Shown here piece after piece: positions 45,627 to 55,632 of a DNA stretch of 64,000 nt. Origin of the DNA: an uncultured Actinomycetota bacterium. Lineage in GTDB: Bacteria; Actinomycetota; Actinomycetes; Actinomycetales; Dermatophilaceae. The stretch is taken from assembly GCA_963696105.1 (NCBI GenBank), contig CAVOIP010000001.1:376391-440390 (forward strand), read 5' to 3'. A program made the position numbers and the translations under genes. The notes beneath the pieces were generated by a model. That model was not told the DNA's origin and did not search any database. It was given only the letters and a program-made list of their open reading frames with translations. Within the stretch, counting starts at the first letter, position 1; each line of letters opens with the position of its first letter.

Positions 45627-46324
45627 CGAGGACCCCGGTTCCCCAGGGCCGCCGCGCCCGCCCCGACGGCCGAGGCCAGCAGCACCGCACTCCCCGTCGA
45701 CGAGCGCGCGGTCACGATGGCGGTGGCCGCGGCGGCGAGCGCGGCGAGCGCACCCCGACGCTCGCGCAGGTGTGGTGCGACGAGGGCAGCGAACAGGAGC
45801 GGGGCCACGAGCCCCGCGACCGGCTGGCGGGCCAGCACCGTTCCGCCCAGCATCCCTGCGGTGACCAGGACCGGCCACGCCGCCCACAGCGTCAGGGCGG
45901 CGCCGAGGTAGAAGCGGCGACGCGACGCCGCGTCGCCGGTTCCCGTGGCACGGGCCTGCGAGATCGCCCAGGGGACGTCGGTGAGGGTCACAGCCGCGAG
46001 GAGGCGCGTCCGCAGTGGCGCGTCCCTCCAGTCCGGAGCCAGCGCGGCGGCGTACGCGGTCAGTCGCGCCTGCAGCAGCAGGGCGGTCACCGCCGCGGCC
46101 ACGACCGAGCCGCCGGCCGCCAGGACGTCGAGCAACGCGAGCTGGGCGGCCCCTCCGTAGATCGTGAAGGTCCCGAGCCAGGCGACCAGTGGGTCGGGGC
46201 TGGTGGCCACGTGGGCGCCGACGAGCAGGCCGAAGGGCACGTACGCCGCGACCGCCGGCAGCACGGCACGCGCACCGTCGGTCAGCGGCGAGCCGTGACC
46301 GGGGACGTTGTCGATGGTCAGCAT
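45623..46324 (-). CDS. azlC: AzlC-family branched-chain amino acid transport protein
   Basis: 233-aa polytopic membrane protein with ..YVPFGLLVGA.., ..IYGGAAQLA.. and ..LTDVPWA... A GAGGAGG RBS is present. Confidence 0.75.
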   Translation of the reverse strand: MLTIDNVPGHGSPLTDGARAVLPAVAAYVPFGLLVGAHVATSPDPLVAWLGTFTIYGGAAQLALLDVLAAGGSVVAAAVTALLLQARLTAYAAALAPDWRDAPLRTRLLAAVTLTDVPWAISQARATGTGDAASRRRFYLGAALTLWAAWPVLVTAGMLGGTVLARQPVAGLVAPLLFAALVAPHLRERRGALAALAAAATAIVTARSSTGSAVLLASAVGAGAAALGNRGPR

Positions 46325-46479
46325 GGGACCTCCTCGGACTCGGGTGTCGACGGTCGAACCCTGCCCGGCGGGCCTTCCTTCGACCTTCCCGTGGAACCGC
46401 AGCGGGGAAGGTCGAAGGAGGAGGCGGCGGCTACGGTCCGGAACACCGAACGACCCACCGTCTGTCCCGGAGGCATGAC

Positions 46480-46896
46480 ATGAAACCAGGAGACGTCGCC
46501 CGCAGGTCGAGGACCGTGCAGGCCTCGGACATCGAGCTCTTCACCGCGATGACGGGGGACCGCAACCCCATCCACTACGACCCGGAGCTGGCGGCGGCGA
46601 CCCGCTTCGGCGGCATCGTCGTCCAGGGCGGGGTGACCACGGGGCTGTTGAATGCCCTCGTCGCCGAGGACCTGCCGGGGCCGGGAAGTGTCTTCCTGCA
46701 GGTGAGCTGGCGGTTCTTGGCGCCGGTGCGGCCGGGTGAGGTCCTGACGGCGGAGGCGCGGGTCCTGGAGGTCCGTGCCGACAAGCCCGTCACGACGCTG
46801 GAGACCACGGTCCGCACGGGGGACGGCGTGGTCGTCGTCGACGGGACGGCCGTCGTCTGGCGCGATCCCGTGGTGGCGGCGCGCAGCAGCCACTGA
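46480..46896 (+). CDS. MaoC-like (R)-specific enoyl-CoA hydratase / hot-dog fold dehydratase
   Basis: FTAMTGDRNPIHYDPELAAATRFGGIVVQG is the hydratase 2 motif. A GGAGG RBS is present. Confidence 0.75.
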   Translation: MKPGDVARRSRTVQASDIELFTAMTGDRNPIHYDPELAAATRFGGIVVQGGVTTGLLNALVAEDLPGPGSVFLQVSWRFLAPVRPGEVLTAEARVLEVRADKPVTTLETTVRTGDGVVVVDGTAVVWRDPVVAARSSH

Positions 46897-46986
46897 CCAC
46901 GCTCGATGGACAGCCCTGTGGCCAAAGGCCGTTCGCGTCGTGGCCCGGTTCGCCGCCGGCTCAGCGCCGGTCGTGGGCGCCGGTCG

Positions 46987-47301
46987 TCAGCGCCGGTCGG
47001 CGACGACGTACGACGCGGCCGCGCTGACGGCCGCGACGCCGAGGACGGCCGGCCAGGCGCCGACCTTCTTGGCGAGCGGGTGGGAGGCGCCGAACCCGCC
47101 GAGGTAGATCGCCGAGAGGGCGGCCGCGCCGGGCCACCCCGCCCGGGCGACCCAGGTGCGTCCGGCATAGACACCCGCGAGGCCCAGCACGAGACCGCCG
47201 AGTGGGCGGATCCCGCTCTCCCGGGCCGTGAGGTACCCCCCGATCAGACCCAGCCCTGCCAGGGGAGCGGTGGACACGTCGGCGGCGGATTTCAGCTTCA
47301 T
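46987..47301 (-). CDS. Small membrane protein (hypothetical)
   Basis: 104 aa with Gly/Ala-rich hydrophobic segments and high GC3. Confidence 0.5.
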   Translation of the reverse strand: MKLKSAADVSTAPLAGLGLIGGYLTARESGIRPLGGLVLGLAGVYAGRTWVARAGWPGAAALSAIYLGGFGASHPLAKKVGAWPAVLGVAAVSAAASYVVADRR

Positions 47302-47429
47302 GCTGCGATCGTAGGCTCACGCGGCGTTGCCGCTCCGCGGCACGGTGCGGACGGACCTCCCCGGGAGCACCGGGCCGGGATGGCCCGTTGAGCTACCGGG
47401 CCGCCTTGCGGGTTCGCGCGGGTGCCCGG

Positions 47430-48038
47430 TCAGAGGCGAAGCAGCCGTTCGAAGAACGACCGGTACCGGTGGAGCGCCTGGCGCAGGTCCTCGGTGGAGA
47501 CGTCCTCTCCCTGGGACCACTGCTGCTCCAGGCGGGACTGCGCCGTCGTGAACGACTCGGTCAGGTTCTGGACCACCTCGGACACGAGGGCGCCCGCACG
47601 CTGGACGGCGGCGCGGGGGTCGTCCACGAAGGCGGCCTGCACGGACTCCCACTCGGCCCGCAGCCGGTCCCCCTCCTCCGCGGCGAACAACGGCTCCTGG
47701 CCGTCGTCGCGGCCGGACGACTGTTGCCCGGACACGTCGCCTCCACGCGCCGCCGCGGTGGTGCCTTCCTCGGCCGCCCCGCGCTCGGCCGTCGAGTCGG
47801 CACGCCCGCCCGGCGTCTCCGGCGTTGTCGAGGTGGCACCCTCCCCCGACTGCACGCCCTCGCCCGACTGCACGCCTTCGTCCGAGCGGACGCCCTCGCC
47901 AGAACGGACGCCCTCGCCAGAACGGACGCCCTCGCCAGAACGGACGCCTTCGCCCGACTGCACGCCTTCGCCGGACCGGACGCCTTCGCCCGACGCTGAG
48001 GTCGCCGCGTCGCCCGGCTGCTGGGGTTGGTCGCTCAT
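47430..48038 (-). CDS. Hypothetical protein: N-terminal GEGV(R/Q)S hexapeptide repeats plus a conserved C-terminal helical domain (paralog of the upstream gene)
   Basis: 202 aa. The ATG overlaps the upstream stop (ATGA). The C-terminal domain shares W..VQ..FVDDP..A..LV and STEDLR.A..YR..F.RLL with the product of 48035-48595. Confidence 0.7.
   Translation of the reverse strand: MSDQPQQPGDAATSASGEGVRSGEGVQSGEGVRSGEGVRSGEGVRSGEGVRSDEGVQSGEGVQSGEGATSTTPETPGGRADSTAERGAAEEGTTAAARGGDVSGQQSSGRDDGQEPLFAAEEGDRLRAEWESVQAAFVDDPRAAVQRAGALVSEVVQNLTESFTTAQSRLEQQWSQGEDVSTEDLRQALHRYRSFFERLLRL
47839..48000 (-). repeat. Nine in-frame tandem copies of an 18-bp unit (plus strand: ccYtcgccNgaNNgNacg) encoding GEGV(R/Q)S
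   Basis: Units were delimited by hand at 47839, 47857, 47875, 47893, 47911, 47929, 47947, 47965 and 47983. Three consecutive units are identical. Confidence 0.9.
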
Positions 48039-48595
48039 CGTTCCTCCATCTCGTTCGAACCCTGCGGGTCCAGCAAGCGCGCGAACAGGGCCCGGTAGTG
48101 CACCATCGCCTCGCGCAGGTCCTCCGTGCTGGCCTGGTCACGGTCGTCGCTGCTCTTGGTCAGCCGCGCCGCCGCCCGGTAGTCAGCCACCAGCTGCGGG
48201 TGGTCCACCGAGATGACGTCGGCCTGGCGGTCGAAGTCGTCGGTGGGATAGCCGCGAGCGCCCATGACCTGCTGAACCAGCCGGTAGGCGTCGCCGAGCG
48301 CGCCGGAGGGGTCGTCGACGAAGCGGGTCTGCACCTGTCTCCAGGACGCGTCGTACTGCTGGCGCTCGACGGCGTCGAGGCCGCGCAGCTGCAGCTTCTG
48401 CCGGTGCTCCTGGCGGTGGGTCAGGTCCTGCTCGGCGGCGCGGCGGTCCCCACTGTCGCTGACCGCCCGGTCGTACTCGGGGCCGAACTGGCTCTTGAGC
48501 TGACCCGACTTCCGCTGACGCTGCAGCAGGACCACGGCGAGCACCACCAGGGCGACCACCACGATGATGATGACGACGATGACCGCGGGGCTCAT
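48035..48595 (-). CDS. Membrane-anchored hypothetical protein (N-terminal TM helix), paralog of the downstream repeat protein
   Basis: 186 aa with a GGGAGG RBS. The N-terminus is MSPAVIVVIIIVVVALVVLAVVLL. The conserved motifs are WRQVQTRFVDDP and STEDLREAMVHYRALFARLL. Confidence 0.7.
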   Translation of the reverse strand: MSPAVIVVIIIVVVALVVLAVVLLQRQRKSGQLKSQFGPEYDRAVSDSGDRRAAEQDLTHRQEHRQKLQLRGLDAVERQQYDASWRQVQTRFVDDPSGALGDAYRLVQQVMGARGYPTDDFDRQADVISVDHPQLVADYRAAARLTKSSDDRDQASTEDLREAMVHYRALFARLLDPQGSNEMEER

Positions 48596-48953
48596 GGAGG
48601 CCTCCCTTGACACCCGGACAAGGCCATGCTGCATCGACGCGCGGTCGTCGTACATAGGCCAAAGAGCGCAGCCACCGAGGGACGACAGGGGCATCGCCCG
48701 GCCGGTGGCGCGCCTCGCGCACCGGCTCGTTCGTGGTGCCGGCACCACGATCGGCAGAGGACACGGCAGGGCGGTTGCCGACCGGGCGGGGCGGGGGCAT
48801 GCTGATTGCGTCAGCGCAAGCAACGGGTCACGGCAAGCCGTGCTGGACGACGTCGGCCGCGCCCCTCGCGGGTCGTGCAGCGGCCACGCCCGCCGATGCA
48901 CGGGAAGGCACGCGGTGTCCGACTCAACGCTCCACCCAGGCTCGACGTCCGAG

Positions 48954-50309
48954 ATGCAGGCCCACCGGCGCAGGGCGGTGGTGGCCAGCACGGTCGGCAC
49001 CACGATCGAGTGGTACGACTTCTTCCTCTACGGCACGGCAGCCGCGCTGGTCTTCCCCAAGCTGTTCTTCCCCGGGGAGTCCCAGTACGCCGGTGTGCTG
49101 GCGTCCTTCGCCACGCTGTTCGTGGGGTTCGCCGCGCGGCCGATCGGCGCTGCGATCTTCGGCCACTACGGCGACCGGGTCGGGCGCAAGGCGACGCTGA
49201 TCACGACGCTGATGCTGATGGGGACCGCGACGTTCCTCATCGGCTGCCTGCCCGGCGTCGCCACGATCGGGATCGCCGCACCGATCCTGCTCACCCTCCT
49301 GCGCGTCGTCCAGGGGCTGGGCGTCGGCGGGGAGTGGGGCGGCTCGGTGCTGATGTCGATGGAGTGGGGCGCCCAGCACCGCCGGGGGCTGATGGCGTCG
49401 TGGCCGCAGCTCGGCGTACCGCTGGGTCTGCTGCTCTCCACCGCCATGCTCAAGCTGATGAGCGCCCTCACGGGCCCCGACTTCGAGCGGTGGGGCTGGC
49501 GTGTGCCGTTCCTGGCCAGCATCGTGCTGGTGGCCATCGGGCTGTACGTCCGGGTGCGGGTGATGGAGAGCCCGTCCTTCACCGCCATCAAGCGCAGCGA
49601 CGCGGTGGTGCGCCGCCCCGTCGTCGAGGTGATCAGGCGCCAGTGGCGGGAGGTACTCACGTCGGCGTTCGTCCGTCTCTCCGAGCAGGCGCCGTTCTAC
49701 CTGTTCATCACGTTCGTGCTCACCTACGGCACCGAGAAGCTCTCGCTGAACCGCGACCCGCTGCTCAACGCCACCCTTGTCGCGGCGGCCGTCGGCCTGG
49801 TCAGCGTGCCGTTCTTCGGCTTCCTGTCCGACGTCATCGGCCGTCGACTGATGTACGGCATCGGGATCGTCGCCACCGCGGTGTTCGCCTTTCCCTACTT
49901 CGGTCTGCTGAACACCAGGCAGTACGGGCTGGTGCTGCTGGCGATCGTGCTGTCGCTGGTCTTCCACGACATGCAGTACGGCCCGCAGGCGGCGCTGATC
50001 TCGGAGAGCTTCGGCGCCAACATCCGCTACAGCGGCGCGGGGATCGGCTACCAGCTCGCGTCGGTCATCGCCGGGGGGCCGGCACCACTGATCGCCGCGG
50101 CCATCCTGAAGAACACCGGCTCGAGCACCGGGATCAGCTGGTACATCATCCTGTGCTGCGTCCTCGCCTTCATCGCCCTGCTGCTGATGCCGCGGCGCTC
50201 GACCGCCCAGGTCACCGACGAGTACGACGCCGCGGTGGAGCAGGCGCTGCCCAGCCGGCGCGGGCCACGTCAGCCGCAGACCTCCCGCGGCACGACCACC
50301 GCCGGGTGA
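48954..50309 (+). CDS. MFS transporter, metabolite:H+ symporter (MHS) family
   Basis: TIEWYDFFLYGTAAALVF, GHYGDRVGRKATL and QGLGVGGEWGG are present, with about 12 TM segments. Confidence 0.8.
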   Translation: MQAHRRRAVVASTVGTTIEWYDFFLYGTAAALVFPKLFFPGESQYAGVLASFATLFVGFAARPIGAAIFGHYGDRVGRKATLITTLMLMGTATFLIGCLPGVATIGIAAPILLTLLRVVQGLGVGGEWGGSVLMSMEWGAQHRRGLMASWPQLGVPLGLLLSTAMLKLMSALTGPDFERWGWRVPFLASIVLVAIGLYVRVRVMESPSFTAIKRSDAVVRRPVVEVIRRQWREVLTSAFVRLSEQAPFYLFITFVLTYGTEKLSLNRDPLLNATLVAAAVGLVSVPFFGFLSDVIGRRLMYGIGIVATAVFAFPYFGLLNTRQYGLVLLAIVLSLVFHDMQYGPQAALISESFGANIRYSGAGIGYQLASVIAGGPAPLIAAAILKNTGSSTGISWYIILCCVLAFIALLLMPRRSTAQVTDEYDAAVEQALPSRRGPRQPQTSRGTTTAG

Positions 50310-50363
50310 CCACCCGTCAGAAGCGCGGTGGGGCGGGGGCGCCGCCCGGGCAGCGGCGCCCGC

Positions 50364-51080
50364 TCAGCCGTGGCGGCCGGGGGTGTGGGCTTCGAGCACG
50401 GCCCGCGCGATCTGGACGTCGGTCAGGCCGGCCCGGGCGGCCGCCTCGTGCAGGCGCAGCTCGGCCGTGCCGACGTCCAGGTGCTCGGACTCGGCGAGCA
50501 CCCCGACCGCCTCGTCCAGCAGCGTGCGCTCGCGTGCCCGGGCCGGCGACGCAGCCGCCGCCAGCCGGGTGCTGAAGGACAGGTCGGCGTTGCTCACCGC
50601 GCCGGGCGCCCACGCACCGAACAGGGCTGCCAGCTGGTCGTGGTGGCCGGTGAACGCATTCCCGGACGCGCCGTACAGGTTGACCGACCCCACCACGTGT
50701 CCCTCGTCGCCGCCCTCACGGATCGGCAGGGACAGGCTGCTGGCAACGCCCCGCGCAGCCCCGGCCAGCGCGTACCGCTGCCATGCCCCCTCATCGAGCG
50801 GGTCGACGTCTGGCACGTCCATCCGCTTGCCGGACGTCGCCGCCTCGATGCAGGGCCCGCCATGGAGGTACTGGATCGCGTCGAGGACGGCGATCTCCTC
50901 GGGCGCGGCGACCAGGGTGAAGGTGAGTCCCTCCTCGAGGTAGCTGATGCTGAACCCGACGCAGTCGGGCACGATCTCCAGGACCCGGTCCGCCTGGCGC
51001 GCCAGCGTCGCCTCGAGGTCCACGTCGGTGCCGAGGCGGAGTCGGCGCAGCGTCTCCCGGGTCTCTGGCAGGGGCTCCAT
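50364..51080 (-). CDS. GAF + ANTAR domain RNA-binding antiterminator-type regulator
   Basis: 238 aa with a GAAGGAG RBS. The C-terminal ANTAR-like segment is ..IDEAVGVLAESEHLDVGTAELRLHEAAARAGLTDVQIARAVL. Confidence 0.7.
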   Translation of the reverse strand: MEPLPETRETLRRLRLGTDVDLEATLARQADRVLEIVPDCVGFSISYLEEGLTFTLVAAPEEIAVLDAIQYLHGGPCIEAATSGKRMDVPDVDPLDEGAWQRYALAGAARGVASSLSLPIREGGDEGHVVGSVNLYGASGNAFTGHHDQLAALFGAWAPGAVSNADLSFSTRLAAAASPARARERTLLDEAVGVLAESEHLDVGTAELRLHEAAARAGLTDVQIARAVLEAHTPGRHG

Positions 51081-51371
51081 GGTCGACGCTCCTTCTCGGC
51101 GGCTGCGGCTGCGATGCGACGGCCAGGCCGGCACCGCCTGTGACGTGGGCGGCACCGCGCGGGTCGGGTCCGGACCCGTACGGCTGCGAGGTCGGCTACC
51201 TCCTACCCCCGAAGTCGGCAGGCAATCCCGCCGCGCCGCCTTTCGCGCCGAGGCCGCGCGCCCGGGACCGGGAAGCCGTGCGTGTAAGCCGTGCGCGGGA
51301 GGCAGTGGGAACCGGAACGACGGGCACAGCGGCACCGCGCCCGCTACCGTGAAGGCGGCCTGAGAAGAGGG

Positions 51372-52128
51372 GTGCCCGTGTTCGGTCTGCCGGAGGGTGT
51401 GGTGGCCTGCCTGTTCGACCTCGACGGCGTCCTGACCGACACCGCCCGGCTCCACACCACGGCGTGGGCCGAGATGTTCGACGGCTACCTGCGCGAGCGA
51501 GCCGCCCGGACGGGACGAGCCGTTCGTCGCCGTTCGACCCCACCCGGGACTACCAGGAGTACGTCGACGGCAGGCCCCGCGAGGACGGGGTGCGCTCGTT
51601 CCTGGAGAGCAGGTCCATCGACCTGCCCGAGGGGGAGCCCGGCGACGAGCCCGACGCCGAGACGGTCGCCGGCCTGGGCAACCGCAAGAACGCAGCTGTT
51701 CCTGCGCTCGGTGCACGAGGGCGGCGTCACCGTGTTCGAGGGCTCGCGTCGGTACGTGAACGCGGTGAGCGACGCCGGGCTCGCGGTCGCGGTGGTGTCC
51801 TCCAGCGCGAACACGCAGGAGGTGCTCGAGGTCACGGGCCTGGACACCTACGTGCACCAGCGGGTGGACGGCGTGACGATCCGGGAGGAGCACCTCGCCG
51901 GCAAGCCGGCCCCTGACTCCTTCCTGCGCGGCGCCGAGCGGCTCGGCGTGGCGCCGGGCCGGGCCGCGGTCTTCGAGGACGCGGTGTCCGGCGTCGACCG
52001 CCGGCCGGGCGGGCGCCTTCGGGATCGTCGTCGGTGTCGACCGGGTCGGGCACGCGGAGGCGCTGCGCCGCCACGGTGCCGACGTCGTCGTCGAGGACCT
52101 GGCAGGAGCTGCTGTGAGCCACCGGTGA
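51372..52128 (+). pseudogene. Beta-phosphoglucomutase-family HAD hydrolase, three frameshifts
   Basis: HAD motif I is [11 protein letters not shown]. The segments [25 protein letters not shown] and [34 protein letters not shown] and the tail lie in different frames. The stop overlaps the GTG of the GH65 gene (GTGA). Confidence 0.7.
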
Positions 52129-54502
52129 TCAGTGAGGAAGCGTTCCCCGTCGAGCCGTGGCACGTCCGCGAGACCCGTCTGGACCTCGAGCTGCTGGCCC
52201 AGAGCGAGTCCTTGTTCGCCCTCTCCAACGGCCACATCGGCCTGCGCGGCAACCTCGACGAGGGTGAGCCGTACGGGCTCCCGGCACCTACCTGGGCTCC
52301 TTCTACGAGACGCGGCCGCTGCCGTACGCCGAGGCGGGCTACGGCTACCCGGAGGACGGCCAGACGCTGGTCGACGTCACCAACGGCAAGGTGATGCGGC
52401 TGCTCGTCGACGACGAGCCCTTCGACGTCCGGTACGGCGAGGTGCTCGACCACGAGCGGGTGCTCGACCTGCGCGCCGGGCACCCTCGGTGCGGCAGGCG
52501 CACTGGCGCTCGCCGGCCGGCAAGGAGGTGAAGGTCACCTCGACCCGGCTCGTGTCGTTCGCCCATCGCGGGGTGGCCGCGACTGGAGTACGTCGTGGAG
52601 GCGCGTCGACCAGTTCACCCGGGTCACGGTGCAGTCCGAGCTGGTCGCCAACGAGGACCAGCCGGTGTCCTCCGAGGACCCCCGCGTCTCGGCGGCGCTG
52701 TACCAGCCGCTGGAGGCGGTGCATGCACGAGCACGCCGAGCGCAGCGCGCTGTTGCTGCACCGGACGAGGTCCAGCGGGCTGCTCCTGGCCGCCGGCATG
52801 GACCACGAGGTGGAGGTCCCCGGCCGGGTCGAGGTCGGCACCGACGCCACGGACGACTGGGCCCGCACCACCGTGATCTGCGGGCTGCGACCCGGACAGC
52901 GCCTGCGCATCGTGAAGTACATGTCCTACGGCTGGTCCGCCCTGCGCTCCCGACCCGCGCTACGCGACCAGGTCGCGGCGGCGCTGGCCAGTGCGCGGTA
53001 CAGCGGCTGGCAGGGCCTGCTGGACGGGCAGCGGCAGTATCTCGACGACTTCTGGGACAGCGCCGACGTCGAGGTCGAGGGCGACGCGGACCTGCAGCAG
53101 GCGGTGCGGTTCGGGTTGTTCCACGTCCTGCAGGCCAGCGCCCGGGCGGAGCGCCGCGCGATCGCCGGCAAGGGCCTGACCGGATCCGGCTACGACGGCC
53201 ATGCGTTCTGGGACACCGAGGGCTTCGTCCTGCCGGTGCTGACCTACACCGTCCCGCGGGCCGCGGCGGACGCGTTGCGCTGGAGGGCCTCCACGCTCGA
53301 CCTGGCCCGTGACCGCGCGGCGCAGCTCGGGCTGCAGGGGGCGACGTTCCCCTGGCGCACCATCCGCGGACAGGAGTGCTCGGCGTACTGGCCGGCCGGA
53401 ACGGCCGCCTGGCACGTCAACGCCGACGTCGCGGCGGCCTTCGAGCGCTACCGCGTGGTGACCGGGGGACGAGTCGCTCGAGGCGCGAGTGCGGCCTGGC
53501 GGTGCTGGTCGGAGACGGCGCGGCTCTGGCTGTCCCTCGGCCACCACGACCGCCACGGGGTCTGGCACGTCGACGGGGTCACCGGGCCGGACGAGTACAC
53601 GGCCGTGGTCCGCGACAACGTCTTCACCAACCTGATGGCCGCCCACAACCTGCGCAGCGCAGCCGATGCGTGCGCCCGGAGCCCGGAGGTCGGCCACCGA
53701 CCTGGGCGTGACGACGGAGGAGACGGCCGCCTGGCGTGACGCCGCGGCGACGTGCACCTGCCCTACGACGAGGAGCTCGGGCGTGCACGAGCAGTGCGAG
53801 GGTTTCACGACCTTCAGCGAGTGGGACTTCGCGGCCAGCGAGGGGCACTACCCGTTGCTGCTGCACGCGCCGTACGTCCGGCTGTATCCCGCCCAGGTGG
53901 TCAAGCAGGCCGACCTGGTGCTCGCGATGCAGTGGCAGGGCCACGTGTTCACCGCCGAGCAGAAGGCACGCAACGTCGAGCTACTACGAGTCGCGGACCG
54001 TGCGCGACTCCTCGCTCTCGGCGTGCACCCAGGCGGTGATGTGCGCCGAGGTGGGGCACCTGCGAGCTGGCCTACGAGTACGCCTACGAGGCCGCGCTGA
54101 TCGACCTGCGCGACCTGCACCACAACACCCGCGACGGGCTGCACATGGCAGCGCTGGCCGGCTCGTGGATCGCCCTGGTCGCGGGTTTCGGCGGCCTGCG
54201 TGACGATGAGGGCGTGCTGTCGCTGGACCCCATGCTGCCCGAGGCGATCCGGCGGCTGCGCTTCCGCCTGGTGCTGGCGTGACGTGCGGCTGCTCGTCGA
54301 CGTCGACCATCGGCGCGTGACCTACACCATCCGGGACGGCTCCGACGCGCGGCTGGTCCTGCGGCACGCGGGGGAGCCGGTCGTGGTCACGGCCGACCGG
54401 CCGTTGACCGTTCCGCTGGGGCGCCGTACGCCCAGCACGCCGCCGCCCACCCAGCCGGCCGGACGTGCTCCGGTCCCGCGCGCGACCACCGGCCGCGACT
54501 GA
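52125..54502 (+). pseudogene. Glycoside hydrolase family 65 (kojibiose/trehalose/maltose phosphorylase-like), at least ten frameshifts
   Basis: Family segments alternate between frames: SNGHIGLRGNLDEGEP; YLGSFYETRPLPYAEAGYGYP; LQQAVRFGLFHVLQ; GLTGSGYDGHAFWDTE; FPWRTIRGQECSAYWPAGTAAWHVNADV; VKQADLVLAM; DLHHNTRDGLHMAALAGSW. Confidence 0.8.
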
Positions 54503-54657
54503 GGGGCTCGACGGGAGCCGATCCGCCCTCCAGGGCCGCCCCGGGACCATCGGCCCGTCCGGCGTCCGCCCCCGCAGGGCTAGCGTGAGGGAGCGCCTGA
54601 GGAGGTGGGGTCCGTGCCAGCGACCATGAAGACCCCGATACGACGAGGCGAACGGCC

Positions 54658-55510
54658 ATGAGCAGCAAGCGCACCCGCCGTGCGCCGGCTCCCGAGGTGC
54701 AGGTGACCGTGCGTGGTGGCGAGGTCCCGGTGGACAGCCGCGACTACGCCGCGGACAAGATCGGTCACGTCGCGGACTACTCGACCCGGCCCGTTCTCTA
54801 CGCCCACGTGGTGCTGGAGGTCGTGGGGGACCCGGCCCGGACGCGTCCCGCACTGGCCGAGGCGACGCTGGACGTGAACGGCGCGCCGCTGCGCGCCCAC
54901 GTCGCGGCGGCCGACACCCATGAGGCCGTGGACCTGTTGGAGGGGCGCCTCCGGCGACAGCTGATGCAGCTCGAGGGGCGGGTGCAGAACCGGCACCACC
55001 GCACCGGCGTGGCCGGCGATCACGAGTGGCGCCACGGTGACCTTCCGCAGGGGCGGCCGGAGTACCGCGACCGGCCCGTCGAGGAGCGGACCGTCGTGAG
55101 GCACAAGATGCTGGCGCTGGAGGCCACCACCCCCGACGAGGCGGTCGCTGACATGGAGCAGGTCGGGCACGACTTCTTCCTGTTCACGGACCGCTCCAGC
55201 GGGCAGGACGCGGTGGTCTACCGGTTGCCCGCCGGTGGTTACGGCGGACAGACGGCAGACGGCGCACGCCTGCACCTGGAGACGTCGCACCGCGGGGACG
55301 TCAAACCCGGGGACGTCGCCCGCGGGGACGCCGCAGGCGCGCCTGCCCGAGGGGGCGAGAGCGGCGGCGCCGATGACGGAGGCGCAGGCGGTGGAGCACC
55401 TCGACCTGGCGGGCGCCCCCTTCGTCTTCCACCTCGACCCCGGCACGGGGCGGGGCCGCGTCCTCTACCGACGCTACGACGGCCACTACGGGCTCATCAC
55501 CGCCGGCTGA
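54658..55510 (+). pseudogene. Rv0079-like HPF/RaiA-family ribosome-associated protein with two S30AE C-terminal-type domains, one frameshift (~55230-55340)
   Basis: The N-terminal part and first C-domain (VVRHKMLALEATTPDEAVADMEQVGHDFFLFTDRSSGQDAVVYR) are in frame 1. The second C-domain (MTEAQAVEHLDLAGAPFVFHLDPGTGRGRVLYRRYDGHYGLITAG, stop 55510) is in frame 2. Confidence 0.65.
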
Positions 55511-55632
55511 GCACGCGCCGCACGGGTGGCGCTGCACCCCGGTGTCGGTGCTACGGCGTGTCTGGACGTGCGAGGTCGAGGGCGTCCCCGCATGCTGGGA
55601 CGGACCTGTCCGATCCGGCCCGAGGAGCTCCC

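Noticed and set aside
47839-48000. Possible CRISPR array, because of the regularly spaced repeats.
   Set aside because: The units are contiguous 18-mers with no spacers, they are in frame inside a CDS, and no cas genes are present.
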